Shown: positions 1 through 8,369, counted from the first letter of the stretch. The stretch: 24,000 nucleotides of DNA from an uncultured Actinomycetota bacterium (GCA_963783105.1 CAWAMI010000003.1:97812-121811), one strand, 5' to 3'. Numbers and translations are program-made. The notes: generated by a model from the letters alone, not told the origin.

Positions 1-1
1 G

Positions 2-490
2 GAGGACCTGCTCGCCACCGGGGCGCTGGTCGACCGCGGCCAGCTCTACTGGCAGGCGCGGTTGTCCGAGCGGTACCCGACGGTGGAGATCCGGGTCGGC
101 GACGCGCAGCTCTCGGTCGCGGACAGCGTCGTGGTCGCGGGGCTGCTGCGCGCCCTCGTCCTCACCGAACTCCGCCGACCGGCGGACGTCGCCGCGCCGA
201 CCGACGAGCTCCTCCGCGCGGCGGTGTGGCAGGCGGCCCGGGACGACCTGTCCGGCACGCTGACGGACCCGGTGGCGGCGCAGGTGCGTCCGGCGCTCGG
301 CGAGGTCGACCGGCTGCACGAGCACGTCGCGGACGCACTCGACGAGCTCGGCGACGACGCCCAGGTGACGGGGCTGCTGCAGCAACGGCGGGAGACGGGG
401 ACGGGGGCGGCGCGGCAGCGCGAGGCCTACGCGCGTGATGGGCTTCCCGGGGTGCTCGACCTGCTGCTACGCGAGTTCGTCCTCGGATGA
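2..490 (+). CDS. Carboxylate-amine ligase, glutamate-cysteine ligase family 2 (YbdK-like), C-terminal fragment; the 5' end lies outside the window
   Basis: Frame 2 is open from base 2 to TGA 488-490, and the TTG at 62 in the ORF track is internal. The translation LYWQARLSERYPTVEIRVGDAQLSVADSVVVAGLLRALV resembles the conserved W-x-x-R-x(5)-T-V-E-[VI]-R-x-x-D block of GCS2/YbdK enzymes as I remember it. Third-position GC is high. Confidence 0.6.
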   Translation, partial: EDLLATGALVDRGQLYWQARLSERYPTVEIRVGDAQLSVADSVVVAGLLRALVLTELRRPADVAAPTDELLRAAVWQAARDDLSGTLTDPVAAQVRPALGEVDRLHEHVADALDELGDDAQVTGLLQQRRETGTGAARQREAYARDGLPGVLDLLLREFVLG

Positions 491-1108
491 GGTCGGGGCG
501 AGGGAGTCGAGCGGGCCCGTGAGATAACGCTGGAGCGTGGGCGCGATGGCGTCGACGACCTCGGCGGTCGGCTTCGACGCGAGCGGCTCGACTCCGACGA
601 CGTAGCGGGCGAGCGCGAGGCCGACCATCTGCGACATGACCAGGTTGGCGCGGAACCGGGGATCACCCGCCCCGATGCGCGCCGCGACCGGTGTCAGCAG
701 CTCCTCGGAGAGCAGGTCCCGGATCAGCCGGGCCGCCTCCGGCTCCGACGTCGCCGCACGCAGCAGGCCCAGGACGCGGCTGCGGCCCTGGTCCGAGTCG
801 AGAACACTCAGCGCGAAGGTCGCGAGGCGGGCGCCGGCCCGCTCCGGGTCGCCCGCGAGCAGCTGCGGGACGATCTGCTCCGGGGCGAAGGGCAGTTCGA
901 CGACCGCGAGGAACAGGCCCTGCTTCGAACCGAAGAAGTGGCTCACCAGCGCGGGGTCGACCTCCGCCTCCAACGCGACCTGGCGCATCGAGGTCCGGTC
1001 GAAGCCGAGCTCGCCGAACTGGCGACGGGCGGCGGCGAGGATCGCGTCCCGCGTCCCGCTCGTGCCCGGCCGCCGGCCCGTGCGTCCCGACCGGCCCGGT
1101 GCGGACAT
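467..1108 (-). CDS. TetR/AcrR-family transcriptional repressor (213 aa)
   Basis: This is the C-terminal third of the 827-aa track ORF. ATG is at 1108-1106, preceded by GGAAGGAG. The N-terminal HTH TRDAILAAARRQFGELGFDRTSMRQVALEAEVDPALVSHFFGSKQGLF is typical of TetR_N. The gene is divergent from an MFS efflux gene. Its 3' end overlaps the convergent ligase gene by 24 nt. Confidence 0.9.
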   Translation of the reverse strand: MSAPGRSGRTGRRPGTSGTRDAILAAARRQFGELGFDRTSMRQVALEAEVDPALVSHFFGSKQGLFLAVVELPFAPEQIVPQLLAGDPERAGARLATFALSVLDSDQGRSRVLGLLRAATSEPEAARLIRDLLSEELLTPVAARIGAGDPRFRANLVMSQMVGLALARYVVGVEPLASKPTAEVVDAIAPTLQRYLTGPLDSLAPTSSEDELA

Positions 1109-1132
1109 CGCGCACTCCTTCCCGTCAGAGGC

Positions 1133-1160
1133 TTGACAGCCAATTCTGCACGTGCAGAAT
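1133..1160 (+). promoter_or_regulatory. Candidate promoter of the MFS gene: -35 TTGACA (1133-1138), 16-nt spacer, -10-like CAGAAT (1155-1160)
   Basis: There is an exact TTGACA hexamer. The -10 candidate lies inside the operator palindrome, 48 nt upstream of ATG 1208. No transcript data are available. Confidence 0.4.
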
Positions 1161-1161
1161 T
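1142..1161. promoter_or_regulatory. Perfect 20-bp palindrome AATTCTGCACGTGCAGAATT, the likely TetR operator
   Basis: The sequence equals its own reverse complement. It is centred in the 99-bp divergent tetR/MFS intergenic region and overlaps the -10 candidate. Confidence 0.7.
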
Positions 1162-1207
1162 CAGCACGCACGGATATACGAGACAGCCTCAGTCCTCGGG
1201 AGGCACC

Positions 1208-2857
1208 ATGTCCACCGCTTCGGCCGGTCCCGCAGCGAGTCCCGCACCGACCCCCGCGCCGGCTCCCGCCGGGACGGCCACGTCCGAGCCCACCGCTCCG
1301 CTGTCGCCGCGCCGCCGCACGGCCGTGCTCGCGGTCGTCGCCCTCGCGCTGATGATGGTGGTGTCCGCGGTCAGCGGCCTGAACGTGGCGCTGCCGAACC
1401 TGGCCGTCGACACGGGTGCCTCGCAGACGCAGGTCACGTGGATCGTCGACGCCTACACCCTGGTGTTCGCCGGCCTGCTGCTGTCCGCGGGGGCGCTGGG
1501 GGACCGGTTCGGGCGGCGCGGGGTCCTGCTGGCCGGGCTCGCGATCTTCGGTGCCTCCGCCGCCGGCGCCATGGCCGTCTCGTCGCCCGCCGCCCTGATC
1601 GCCCTGCGGGCCGGAATGGGCGTGGGCGCGTCCGCGGTGATGCCGGTGACGCTGTCGATCATCACGACGTCCTTCCCGCCGGAGGAGCGGGGCCGCGCCG
1701 TCGGCGTGTGGGTCGGTGTGGCCGGCGGCGGGGCCGTGATCGGTCTGTTCGGATCCGGCATCCTGCTGACGTTCTTCGCGTGGAACTCGTTCTTCGCCTT
1801 GAACGTCACCCTGGCCGTCCTCGCCCTGGTCGGCACCGTGCTGGTCATCCCGACCTCCCGCGACCCCCACCCGCCGCGGCTCGACCCGATCGGCGCGGCC
1901 CTGTCCCTCGTCGGCGTGGCCGGCGTCGTGTTCGCCATCATCGAGGGCCCCGACCGCGGCTGGACCGGCCCCGGAACGCTCGCAGCCCTCGTCGGTGGCC
2001 TGGTCGCGCTCCTCGGCTTCCTCCGCTGGGAACTGCACAACCCGGCGCCGATGCTCGACCCGCGCCTGTTCCGGCTCCGGGGCTTCTCCGCCGGCACGTT
2101 GGCGATCACCGCGCAGTTCCTCGCGAGCTTCGGGCTCTTCTACACGCTGCTGCAGTACCTGCAGTACATCGCCGGACAGTCTCCGCTGCGCGCGGCGCTC
2201 TCGCTGCTGCCGCTGCCGATCGTCCTGATCCCGCTCGCGCGGAAGGCGCCGCTGATCGCGGCGCGCTTCGGCATCGCCCGCGTCATCTCCCTCGGGCTCG
2301 TCCTGTCCGCCGCCGGGATGCTGATCCTGACGAGCCTGTCGGTCGAGCTGACCTACTGGCACCTGGCGCTCGGCCTCGTCGTGTTCGCCGCGGGCATGGG
2401 GCTCGCCGGTACTCCGGGGACGACGGCGATCGTCTCGTCGCTGCCCGAGCAGAAGCAGGGGGTCGCCTCCGCGGTCAACGACGTCTCGCGTGAGCTCGGC
2501 AGCGCCTTCGGCATCGCCGTCCTCGGCAGCGTCCTCAACTCCGGCTACCGCGGCGGCCTCGAGGACGCCGTGAGCGGCCTGCCGCCCCAGGTGGCGGAGC
2601 ACGCGCGCTCCTCGATCGCCTTCCTCGAGATCGGCAAGGAGCAGATCGCGCGCGCTGGTGCCGCCGGCCAGGAACTCGCCGACACCGCCCGGCAGGCCTT
2701 CGTCGACGCCTCGCACGCCGCGTTCCTCACCGCGGCGGCGATCCTGCTGCTCGCGGCGGTCGTGGTGGCGGTCCGCGGCCCCCGGCGCGGGTCCGCGGAG
2801 GGCGCCGACGGGGACGACGAGCGGTCCCCGTCGCGGGCGGTCGACCCGGGCGCGTGA
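1208..2857 (+). CDS. MFS transporter, DHA2 (EmrB/QacA-like, 14-TMS) drug:H+ antiporter family (549 aa)
   Basis: ATG 1208 is preceded by GGGAGG (1198-1203). MFS motif A is present as GALGDRFGRRGVLLAGL. There are many hydrophobic segments spread over ~500 aa, which fits a 14-TMS topology. The gene is paired with a divergent TetR. Confidence 0.9.
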   Translation: MSTASAGPAASPAPTPAPAPAGTATSEPTAPLSPRRRTAVLAVVALALMMVVSAVSGLNVALPNLAVDTGASQTQVTWIVDAYTLVFAGLLLSAGALGDRFGRRGVLLAGLAIFGASAAGAMAVSSPAALIALRAGMGVGASAVMPVTLSIITTSFPPEERGRAVGVWVGVAGGGAVIGLFGSGILLTFFAWNSFFALNVTLAVLALVGTVLVIPTSRDPHPPRLDPIGAALSLVGVAGVVFAIIEGPDRGWTGPGTLAALVGGLVALLGFLRWELHNPAPMLDPRLFRLRGFSAGTLAITAQFLASFGLFYTLLQYLQYIAGQSPLRAALSLLPLPIVLIPLARKAPLIAARFGIARVISLGLVLSAAGMLILTSLSVELTYWHLALGLVVFAAGMGLAGTPGTTAIVSSLPEQKQGVASAVNDVSRELGSAFGIAVLGSVLNSGYRGGLEDAVSGLPPQVAEHARSSIAFLEIGKEQIARAGAAGQELADTARQAFVDASHAAFLTAAAILLLAAVVVAVRGPRRGSAEGADGDDERSPSRAVDPGA

Positions 2858-2882
2858 GGCGTGCAGGAGAACCGCGGCCTGC

Positions 2883-3083
2883 TCAGGACTGTGCGCCGGC
2901 CCCCGCGTGCCGTGGCCTGCGCCGCGGCGCCACCGAGAGCGCCCCGTCACCCTCGAGGAGGATGACGCCGTTGCAGAGCAGCGCGTAGCCGCAGTCCTGC
3001 AGATGTTCCGACACGATGCGGGCCGCCGACGCGTCGCTCGCGTCGCAGGACGGACAGGCTGGGCTGTGCTTGCAGTTACTCAT
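2883..3083 (-). CDS. Small cysteine-rich protein, DUF5999-like (66 aa)
   Basis: ATG 3083 is preceded by GGAGAAGAC. The translation MSNCKHSPACPSCDASDASAARIVSEHLQDCGYALLCNGVILLEGDGAL matches my recollection of the actinobacterial DUF5999 pattern (C-x-H-x-P-x-CP ... LLCNGV ... E-D/G-x-G). The longer 90-aa track ORF has no better start context. Confidence 0.55.
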   Translation of the reverse strand: MSNCKHSPACPSCDASDASAARIVSEHLQDCGYALLCNGVILLEGDGALSVAPRRRPRHAGAGAQS

Positions 3084-3139
3084 GTCTTCTCCGGCTCCGG
3101 CTCCCGGCCGGTTCCTTCCCGCGTTGTTAGGTGTCTCAA

Positions 3140-3164
3140 CAACTAGCTTCCGCATCGATGTTCC
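3140..3164 (-). promoter_or_regulatory. ECF-sigma-like promoter motif GGAAC-N16-GTTG upstream of the DUF5999-like gene
   Basis: The minus strand reads GGAACATCGATGCGGAAGCTAGTTGTTG, which resembles the GGAA(C/T)-N16-18-GTT class (SigR/SigH/SigE type). It lies ~57 nt upstream of ATG 3083. This is a motif match only. Confidence 0.2.
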
Positions 3165-3214
3165 GATCCTGCAACGACCGTCCGCTTTGTGGCGAAGTTG
3201 TCACCCGTTCGTGG

Positions 3215-4018
3215 TCAGGGAGCCAGCCGCACGACGTCTCCGTGTTCCACGTAGCGCACCTCGAGATCGATCCGGCGCCGCTCGACCTCGGCCCGGAAGT
3301 CCTCCAGCGGCGAGCGGAAGACGGTGTAGTCGTCGAAGTGCACCGGGACGGTCACCGAGGGGCGGACGCGCTCCAGCAGATCCGCGCCCTGCTCGCCGTC
3401 CATCGTCACGAGGAGCAGGCCGAGGATGCGGGTGCCGCCGAGGTGCAGAACCATGGCGTCGAGCCGGGGATAGGCGTCGACGATCTGCTGCAACTCGGGC
3501 ACGTTCAGCGTGTCGCCGGTGACGTAGACCCGGAACGGCTCGCTGTCCGGCCCCTCCCGGAACTCGAGCAGACTCCCCATCACGGGCGGCAACACGCGCG
3601 CGGCCTGGCCGGGGGCGTGTCGGCCGGGCAGCGAGGTGACGGTGAGGCTCGACAGCCCGCGTCGCAGCTCGTGCGAGGACCAGGTGTCGAGGGCCACGGC
3701 GTTCTCGAATCCCTGGAGCCGCAGGCGCCGCGCCGCGTGGCGCGTGGTGATGATCGGCAGCGACTTCTCCAGCCCGCGCCTGGCTCGTCGGTCGAAGTGG
3801 TCGCCGTGCAGGTGGGACAGGACGACGGCGTCGAGCGGCGGGAGGTCGTCGATGCCGAGCGCCGGGTCGGTGAGGCGCTTCGAGAACAGCCCGCGCCCGA
3901 GGTAGGCCCGCTCGCCCTTGTGCAGGAAGTTCGGGTCGGTGAGCAGCGTGAAGCCCCCGAGCCGTAGCAGGGTCGTCGCGGTGCCGATGAACTGCAGCGA
4001 GGGCCCCGTCGACGTCAT
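3215..4018 (-). CDS. MBL-fold metallo-hydrolase (267 aa)
   Basis: ATG is at 4018. The translation carries the H-x-H-x-D-H zinc motif in VVLSHLHGDHFD, plus later His/Asp ligand candidates (LPGRHAPG, VYVTGDT, MVLHLGG). Confidence 0.85.
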   Translation of the reverse strand: MTSTGPSLQFIGTATTLLRLGGFTLLTDPNFLHKGERAYLGRGLFSKRLTDPALGIDDLPPLDAVVLSHLHGDHFDRRARRGLEKSLPIITTRHAARRLRLQGFENAVALDTWSSHELRRGLSSLTVTSLPGRHAPGQAARVLPPVMGSLLEFREGPDSEPFRVYVTGDTLNVPELQQIVDAYPRLDAMVLHLGGTRILGLLLVTMDGEQGADLLERVRPSVTVPVHFDDYTVFRSPLEDFRAEVERRRIDLEVRYVEHGDVVRLAP

Positions 4019-4066
4019 GTGTGTCTGCCTGCCCCGTGCACGCAAGACCTCACGGGCAGGCGGGGA

Positions 4067-6379
4067 TCAACGAAGGACGGTCCCAACCCCATCGACCTGC
4101 CCACTCGGGACGGATGTGCTCGCAGGCTCCGACGACTGCCCGCCCCGGGCATGGGCGGCGGAGGCGGTCGCCGCCCCTGCCTCCTGGGAGCGGGCGCGGA
4201 AGGTGCGCCCGGGCCACGCGCTCGTGCGCCCGACCAGCACGAGCAGACAGGGCACGAGAAGGCTGCGGACGATGACCGAATCCAGGATGATCCCGACGAA
4301 CATGGCGAAGCCCAACTCGCGGAACGGCGCGAGCGGAACCACGGCCAGCAGACCGAAGCTGATCGCGAGCGTGATGCCCGCCGCGGTGATCGCCCGGGTC
4401 GTGCGAGGCACCGCGTCGCGGACGGCGGCGGCCATGGGAAGCCGACGTGCCGCTTCCCAGACCTGACCCACACCCAGGATGTTGTAGTCGGCGCCGAAGG
4501 ACACCAGCATCACGGCGGCCGCGAACGGCACGTAGAAGGACAGGCCGTCGTGCCCGAGCACGACAACGAAGACCAGGGTCGTGAGCCCGAGCGAGGCGGC
4601 CACCGCCAGCACCCCCACCGCCAGCAGGTAGACCGGCGCGACCAGCGCCCGGAGGAAGATGGTCAGCAGCGCCAGCTCGACGAGTGCCGCGAACAGGAAG
4701 ATGCGCCAGAGGTCGGACTGGGTCTGACCGGCGATGCTGGCGGCGAGCGCGGTGTCGCCGGCGAAGGACGCGGACGCCCCGGACAGGCCGGCGGCAGCCA
4801 GCATCTGCGGCATCTTCGCCCGGATGTTGCGCAGCAGGTCGATGGCGGTGGCACCGAGGGGCTCCTCGTTCAGCACGATGAGGTAGCGGGCCGCTTCGCC
4901 CGTCGGGGACAGCACCGCTCCGAGTACCAGCGGGGTGAACTGGTCGGCGGGGCCGGCCACGCCCGCGATCCCCGGCATCCGTTCGATCTCGCGCTGCAGC
5001 GCGGTCAGCTGAGCCCGCTTGTCGACGATGCCCGGCTGCTCCACGAGCAGGACCGTCGGGGACAGGATGCCGGGGGCGAAGCCGACGGACGCGGCGTGGG
5101 CTGCCCTTGCCGGGCCACTGCTGCTCGGCAGCGACTTCTCGACCGACATCCCGAGATCCGCGTGACGGAGGGGCACCGCGGCGAGCAACAGCCCGCAGAA
5201 CAGGCAGAAGGCCACGATCAGCGCGACGGGCTTGCGACTGATCGCGGAGAGCAACCGACCACGCATGGCGCGGGAGGCGATGGCCGCCGGCGCCGGTCCC
5301 GGCATGTCTCCTGACGCCGGCACCCAGCGCGCCGGCCAGAAGACGGCGCGACCGACGATCGCCAGAAGAACGGGGATCAGGGTGATCGAGACGAGAACCG
5401 CGATGAGCACGGTCAGGGCCAGGGCGGGCCCGAACGCGCCGAAGAAGTCCGAGCGGGCCATGACGAGGGAGCCCACGCCCGCGCACACGGTCAACCCCGC
5501 GACCGCGATGATCGGCGTGTGCTCCGCCGCGCTGCGCTGCGCCGCCTCCCGGGGCGGGACGCCCGCGAGCAGGTGGTGCTGCGTTCCGCTGATGTAGAAG
5601 ATGCAGTAGTCCGTGATGACGCCCAACATCAGGGCCACCACGAGCGGTTCCACGTCGGAGGGGGTGGCGAACCCCATCAGCTCGCCGGCCACGCCGAGGA
5701 CCCGGACGGTCACGAGGTAGCAGACGGCCGCGACGGCCAGGGCGACCAAGGGCGCGACGACGGAGCGGAAGTTCAGCCCGACGACGAGCAGGATCGCGAC
5801 GAGTGTCGCGGTTTCCACAAAGGGGAGGCTGCGCTTCAGGACCGACGCCTGCTCGACCCGGGCCGGCACGGTGCCACCGACGCCGACGAGGGAATCCTCG
5901 GGCCGGTCGACGTACTGCCGCGCCCAGGCTCGGGCGAGTCGGTCCTGCTCGGCGAAGCTCAGCCCTGGATCGGTGAACAGGTACGTGATTGCTGTCGTGC
6001 CCGACTCCGTGGAGGCGGGGAACAGCTTCGCCGTGTTGACGACGGGGAGCGCCCCCAGCACCTGGTGGCGGCCGTACGGCCCCTTCTGGTCGTAGGCGAG
6101 GGCACGGAGCACGACACGGGCCTGGGCGTAGGGGTCGAGCCCCTCGTCGTTCCGCTGGACGACGGCGGCGCGTGCGAGCAGCGGGAAGGAGAACTGGGTG
6201 ACCGAGCGGATCTCGGCCCGGACCACGGGACTGTCCGAGGGGATGAGGCCGCCGAACTTGCCGCCACCGGTTTCACTGAAGGCCGGCAGGGTCAGGGTGC
6301 AGGCGATCGCCGCGGTGGCCCACGCCAACGCGACCAGTAGGCGGCCCTTCAGGAGCAAGCCGGCGTAGAACCGGCTCAC
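4067..6379 (-). CDS. MMPL-family (RND superfamily) membrane transporter (770 aa)
   Basis: GTG 6379 is preceded by GAGGTGA. The protein has two blocks of ~6 hydrophobic helices, each following a soluble domain. MMPL-like strings are present (VITDYCIFYISG; GADYNILGVGQVWEA). Confidence 0.85.
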   Translation of the reverse strand: MSRFYAGLLLKGRLLVALAWATAAIACTLTLPAFSETGGGKFGGLIPSDSPVVRAEIRSVTQFSFPLLARAAVVQRNDEGLDPYAQARVVLRALAYDQKGPYGRHQVLGALPVVNTAKLFPASTESGTTAITYLFTDPGLSFAEQDRLARAWARQYVDRPEDSLVGVGGTVPARVEQASVLKRSLPFVETATLVAILLVVGLNFRSVVAPLVALAVAAVCYLVTVRVLGVAGELMGFATPSDVEPLVVALMLGVITDYCIFYISGTQHHLLAGVPPREAAQRSAAEHTPIIAVAGLTVCAGVGSLVMARSDFFGAFGPALALTVLIAVLVSITLIPVLLAIVGRAVFWPARWVPASGDMPGPAPAAIASRAMRGRLLSAISRKPVALIVAFCLFCGLLLAAVPLRHADLGMSVEKSLPSSSGPARAAHAASVGFAPGILSPTVLLVEQPGIVDKRAQLTALQREIERMPGIAGVAGPADQFTPLVLGAVLSPTGEAARYLIVLNEEPLGATAIDLLRNIRAKMPQMLAAAGLSGASASFAGDTALAASIAGQTQSDLWRIFLFAALVELALLTIFLRALVAPVYLLAVGVLAVAASLGLTTLVFVVVLGHDGLSFYVPFAAAVMLVSFGADYNILGVGQVWEAARRLPMAAAVRDAVPRTTRAITAAGITLAISFGLLAVVPLAPFRELGFAMFVGIILDSVIVRSLLVPCLLVLVGRTSAWPGRTFRARSQEAGAATASAAHARGGQSSEPASTSVPSGQVDGVGTVLR

Positions 6380-6384
6380 TCACC

Positions 6385-7023
6385 TCACCGCCCGCCCGCC
6401 GTCTCGCGCGTCGAGCTCAGGGGGAGTCGACGGAGCCCGATCCGGGCGAGTTCCGCATCCGCCAGCGCGCGCAGATCCCCCTCCTGCAGGCGCGTGTACG
6501 GCCGTGGCACGACGTCGGACAGCTGCTGGTGCGATTGCACCAGCACGGCCCGGAGCGCCAGCACGGGATCGACGACGCCGGGCTCGGTCTCGAACGCCTC
6601 CTGGAGCGCCCTCGCCTCCCGCCGATGAGCTCGACGGAGCACGATGTACATGCCGGCGACGGGCACGGACGGAGCGATGGCCACGACGATGCCGAGCAGG
6701 AGCGCCGTCTGGCGGGCCCGGCTGGCGTTCATCTCGCCCTCGCGGGTGACGCGGGCACCGGTCTGTTCGACTCGTTCCCCGAGGTCCCGCGCCGGGCCGC
6801 CGATCAGCGGGATGCCGTCCAACTCGCGGATCGCGGCGCCGGTACCTTGGGCCGCCCGGCCCGAGTCGGCGACGCTGTCGCCGATCTCCGCGAATTGCCA
6901 CAACCGCAGGCCGGTCCACGCGCCGATGACGAGCCAGAAGATCACCCAGAAGGTGATGAGCGCGTCATAGAAGCGCAGGCTGCGCGGCGAGGCGAACGCG
7001 ACGTTGGTCAGGCTCGCCCTCAT
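6385..7023 (-). CDS. Two-TM membrane protein of unknown function (212 aa), translationally coupled to both flanking genes
   Basis: ATG 7023-7021 overlaps the upstream stop (ATGA). Its own stop lies 5 nt before the MMPL GTG. Hydrophobic helices are FYDALITFWVIFWLVIGAWTGL and ALLLGIVVAIAPSVPVAGMYIVL. I recognise no family. Confidence 0.65.
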   Translation of the reverse strand: MRASLTNVAFASPRSLRFYDALITFWVIFWLVIGAWTGLRLWQFAEIGDSVADSGRAAQGTGAAIRELDGIPLIGGPARDLGERVEQTGARVTREGEMNASRARQTALLLGIVVAIAPSVPVAGMYIVLRRAHRREARALQEAFETEPGVVDPVLALRAVLVQSHQQLSDVVPRPYTRLQEGDLRALADAELARIGLRRLPLSSTRETAGGR

Positions 7024-7517
7024 GAACGGCAGGCCTCCACGTCCGGTGTGAGCTGCCGCTGCTGCTGCTCGGCCCGATCGAGCACGTCCTGCAGCGCCGA
7101 CGCGTTGAGGTCCCGGATGGCCGCGACGGCGTCGCCGAACGTGTTCCCGATCTCGTCGCCGCGCTCAGCCACGCGCAGGCACGCGCGCGCTCGCGCAGTG
7201 GCGGCCTCCACCTGCGGGTCGGGGGTGGCCTCGGGCGTCGGAGCGGCGGGGGTGGCCCGTGCGTCCGGCGACGTCGAGCCGGCGGAATCGTCGCCGAGCC
7301 TCGGGAGCCCGAGAAGGGCGGCGCCCAGCGCCAGGCCGAGCAGGAACGTCAGGGTGGGCAACAGCCAGGCCCACCGGCCCCGGTTGCCCACGCGTTCCAC
7401 CCGGTCTGCACCCGCCGAGGCGTCGGAGGTCTCCGCGGCCTGCGGGTCTGTCGAAACGGGATCGGCGGGCTCGGCTGAGGTTCGCGATCGATTCTCCACG
7501 CTCGGGCCGGATGACAT
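7020..7517 (-). CDS. Single-pass membrane-anchored protein of unknown function (165 aa)
   Basis: ATG 7517 is preceded by GAGGAGG. The protein has an acidic N-terminal ~45 aa, a TM segment WAWLLPTLTFLLGLALGAALLGL, a Pro/Ala-rich linker, and a helical C-terminal domain with two Cys. The longer 298-aa track ORF upstream of 7517 lies in low-GC3 intergenic DNA. Confidence 0.6.
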   Translation of the reverse strand: MSSGPSVENRSRTSAEPADPVSTDPQAAETSDASAGADRVERVGNRGRWAWLLPTLTFLLGLALGAALLGLPRLGDDSAGSTSPDARATPAAPTPEATPDPQVEAATARARACLRVAERGDEIGNTFGDAVAAIRDLNASALQDVLDRAEQQQRQLTPDVEACRS

Positions 7518-7777
7518 CGGCCACCTCCTCAGGTCGGCAAAGCTCTGCTCTCCGTTCGGAGCGCGATGACCGTCGGGAGAGGAATCGCTGACGACGGGGT
7601 ACCCGATCACGCTGCACGCTCGGGGAATCTGCGGCGTGTTCATGAAACTGACAAACAACCGCATGGAAACAGTGCATCGGATGACAGGCCTGCGGCGATC
7701 TCGTGACCTTCGGACGTGGGCGCTGTGCTCCCGAACCACACGGGTATTTCCGGAATCGAACAAGGAGGGAGAATGCG

Positions 7778-8338
7778 ATGACAACGACGGACCGAGTTCT
7801 TCAATCCCTCGATCAGCCCGAAGGCCACCGCGAGCGACGACGCCTCGGTCCGGGAAACCGCGCGGTGGCCGTGGCCGGGGCGGTGAGCGCCGCCCTGCTG
7901 CTCGGCGGATGCTCAAACGACAACCTCGTGTCGGGGCCGTCGCCGTCGGCGAGCGTGTCTTCTGCGGCCAGCGCGGCGGGCGCGGCCGGCGCCACGCCCA
8001 GCACGAGCCCGCCCACTGGGTCGGCCACCTCGCCGGCCGCTTCGCCCGGCCAGCCGTTCAGGATCGGCGATACGGTCACCGTCGCAGGTCGGGTGACGGA
8101 CGATCTCAGCGCGTTGAGCTTCGAGTTGCAGCCGGACGACGGCCGACCCGCGCTTCCCGTCCTGACCGTGCGCGACGCCAGCGTCGGCACCGGCGACCAG
8201 GTGACGGTCGAGGGCCGGATCGCGAAGTTCGATGCCCAGAGCCTCCAGCAGGACCTGCCGATCAAGCTCGACGAGGACCTGGTGCAGCGATACTCCGGAA
8301 AGCAGGTCCTGATCGCGCAAGTCGTCAACAAGCGCTGA
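7778..8338 (+). CDS. Secreted lipoprotein of unknown function (186 aa)
   Basis: ATG 7778 is preceded by AAGGAGGG (7763-7770). The signal peptide has an RRR n-region and the lipobox LLGGC, followed by a Ser/Ala/Pro-rich linker and a ~100-aa C-terminal domain. Confidence 0.75.
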   Translation: MTTTDRVLQSLDQPEGHRERRRLGPGNRAVAVAGAVSAALLLGGCSNDNLVSGPSPSASVSSAASAAGAAGATPSTSPPTGSATSPAASPGQPFRIGDTVTVAGRVTDDLSALSFELQPDDGRPALPVLTVRDASVGTGDQVTVEGRIAKFDAQSLQQDLPIKLDEDLVQRYSGKQVLIAQVVNKR

Positions 8339-8369
8339 CCACCCGGCCGTGCTCGTTCTCTCTGCCCGC

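Noticed and set aside
691-2493. 600-aa plus-strand ORF and other overlapping ORFs in 636-3146
   Set aside because: These are out-of-frame shadows of the TetR and MFS genes. Their composition is dominated by R/P/G/A, with no recognisable motifs.
467-2950. 827-aa minus-strand ORF, the longest in the track
   Set aside because: Only its last 213 aa (467-1108) form a coherent TetR protein. The rest is an Arg/Gly/Asp/Pro-rich low-complexity translation antisense to the well-supported MFS gene, a typical high-GC shadow frame.
4019-6340. 431-aa, 478-aa and 273-aa ORFs overlapping the MMPL gene
   Set aside because: These are alternative-frame or antisense translations with extreme Arg/Gly/Asp content. 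The MMPL frame explains the region with hydrophobic helices and high GC3.
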